Shown piece after piece: positions 63,282 through 64,000 of a stretch of 64,000 nucleotides of DNA. The notes beneath the pieces are model-generated. The model made no database searches. It was not told the origin of the DNA and worked only from the letters and a program-made list of their open reading frames with translations. The position numbers and the translations under genes were made by a program. The stretch comes from Clostridia bacterium (GTDB taxonomy: Bacteria; Bacillota; Clostridia; Christensenellales; UBA1242): assembly GCA_017452445.1 (NCBI GenBank), contig JAFTMH010000002.1, forward strand, positions 723 to 64,722. The letters run 5' to 3'. Position 1 is the first letter of the stretch, and every line of letters begins with the position of its first letter.

Positions 63282-64000
63282 TTAGGCAAATTCTGCCATT
63301 CTTTGAAGAACTTCTTTTTCACCCAACAAACTCATAATTTCATACAAGTCTGGAGAGTTTTTTCTTCCTGTGACAGCAATGCGAATATATTCACAAACTT
63401 TTGCCACATTTCCTTTATATTTTTCTGGATTTTTCTTGAAATCTGCATTGTCTGTTGCATATCCCAAAGCGTCAGCCATCTTCTTAATGTTTGCAAACCA
63501 TGCATCTTTTGAAGACAAATCAATATATTTTTTATATTCTCTCAAAACGATTTCAAAATCCTTTTTGTTGATATCTTCAAGTTCAAACTTGGCAGGATCA
63601 CTAAACATATAATCAAACAAATCAAAAAACATGCTCCACTTGTAGATATCTTTTCTTGGTTTTGGTTTTTCTCTGTCGATGTTGAGCACTTTTGTTACAT
63701 ACTCTCTATCTTTTACGAGATAATCCAAATTTTCCAAAGAATATTCTCTTGCCCAAGCAAGAAGTTCTTGATAACACTTGTCTGCAGAATATTTTGAAAT
63801 AATTTCTTTTGAAATGTCATTAAGTTTCACAATGTCAAACACTGGAGTGTTTGCTGTAATGTTGAATCCATCAAAAGGAAATTCCATAATGTCAGCATCA
63901 GGATTTGCTTTTCTCCAATTTTCGAAGTTTGAATTGATCAAGTTGAGCAAATATTCAACAACTGCTTGTTTTTCATAACCTTCTTTATCAAAGAAACGCA
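63282..64000 (-). CDS. gltX: glutamate--tRNA ligase, C-terminal ~239 codons (partial, continues past window end)
   Basis: The frame stays open to the window edge (…RFFDKEGYEKQAVVEYLLNLINSNF…), matching the GltX segment F-R-D-x-G-Y-L-P-E-A-x-x-N-Y-L-x-L-L-G-W-S and the C-terminal anticodon-binding region (…RIAVTGRKNSPDLYEIMSLLGKE…). Confidence 0.8.
   Translation of the reverse strand, partial: RFFDKEGYEKQAVVEYLLNLINSNFENWRKANPDADIMEFPFDGFNITANTPVFDIVKLNDISKEIISKYSADKCYQELLAWAREYSLENLDYLVKDREYVTKVLNIDREKPKPRKDIYKWSMFFDLFDYMFSDPAKFELEDINKKDFEIVLREYKKYIDLSSKDAWFANIKKMADALGYATDNADFKKNPEKYKGNVAKVCEYIRIAVTGRKNSPDLYEIMSLLGEKEVLQRMAEFA

Overview
This is a 64-kb AT-rich chromosomal segment from a low-GC, Bacillota (Firmicutes)-like bacterium. 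It uses the standard bacterial code (TAA/TGA stops, ATGA start/stop overlaps), and nearly all genes are on the minus strand. The window opens with the 5' ~1.24 kb of a 23S rRNA gene that has its own promoter and boxA but no 16S upstream. Housekeeping blocks with Firmicute-type synteny follow: rpmG-secE-nusG-rplK-rplA, argS, dnaX-ybaB-recR, dus-pgk-tpiA, a divergent hup, a MurJ/SpoVB-like flippase, rplI, tatD-rsmA, spmA/spmB-like, holB-ricT-trmN6-like, a Ca2+-type P-type ATPase, uppP and gltX-trpS. About 48% of all bases belong to three giant surface-protein genes (2743, 1369 and 6175 aa), and a related 321-aa repeat lipoprotein is also present. The points most worth a second look are these. 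(1) An 18.5-kb single ORF is book-ended by GLUG-type modules, filled with InlB-B/Listeria-Bacteroides-type repeats, and ends in a C-terminal TM anchor. (2) All three giants share the topology signal peptide + single C-terminal TM helix + basic tail, with no LPXTG, and two of them sit where rplJL-rpoBC normally follows rplKA. (3) dnaX stops right after an in-phase A9 run, and the conserved tau C-terminus continues in the -1 frame. (4) Two abutting perfect DnaA boxes lie in a convergent intergenic region. (5) Four genes have a -10 hexamer exactly 6 nt before the ATG and no SD, so they are candidate leaderless mRNAs. (6) An 18-bp perfect palindrome overlaps the promoter of an ArsR-like regulator. 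I saw no CRISPR array, tRNA, transposase, integrase or phage genes. All domain and family names come from recognising motifs by eye in the supplied translations. No database search or computation was run, and coordinates of small sites may be off by a few nt.
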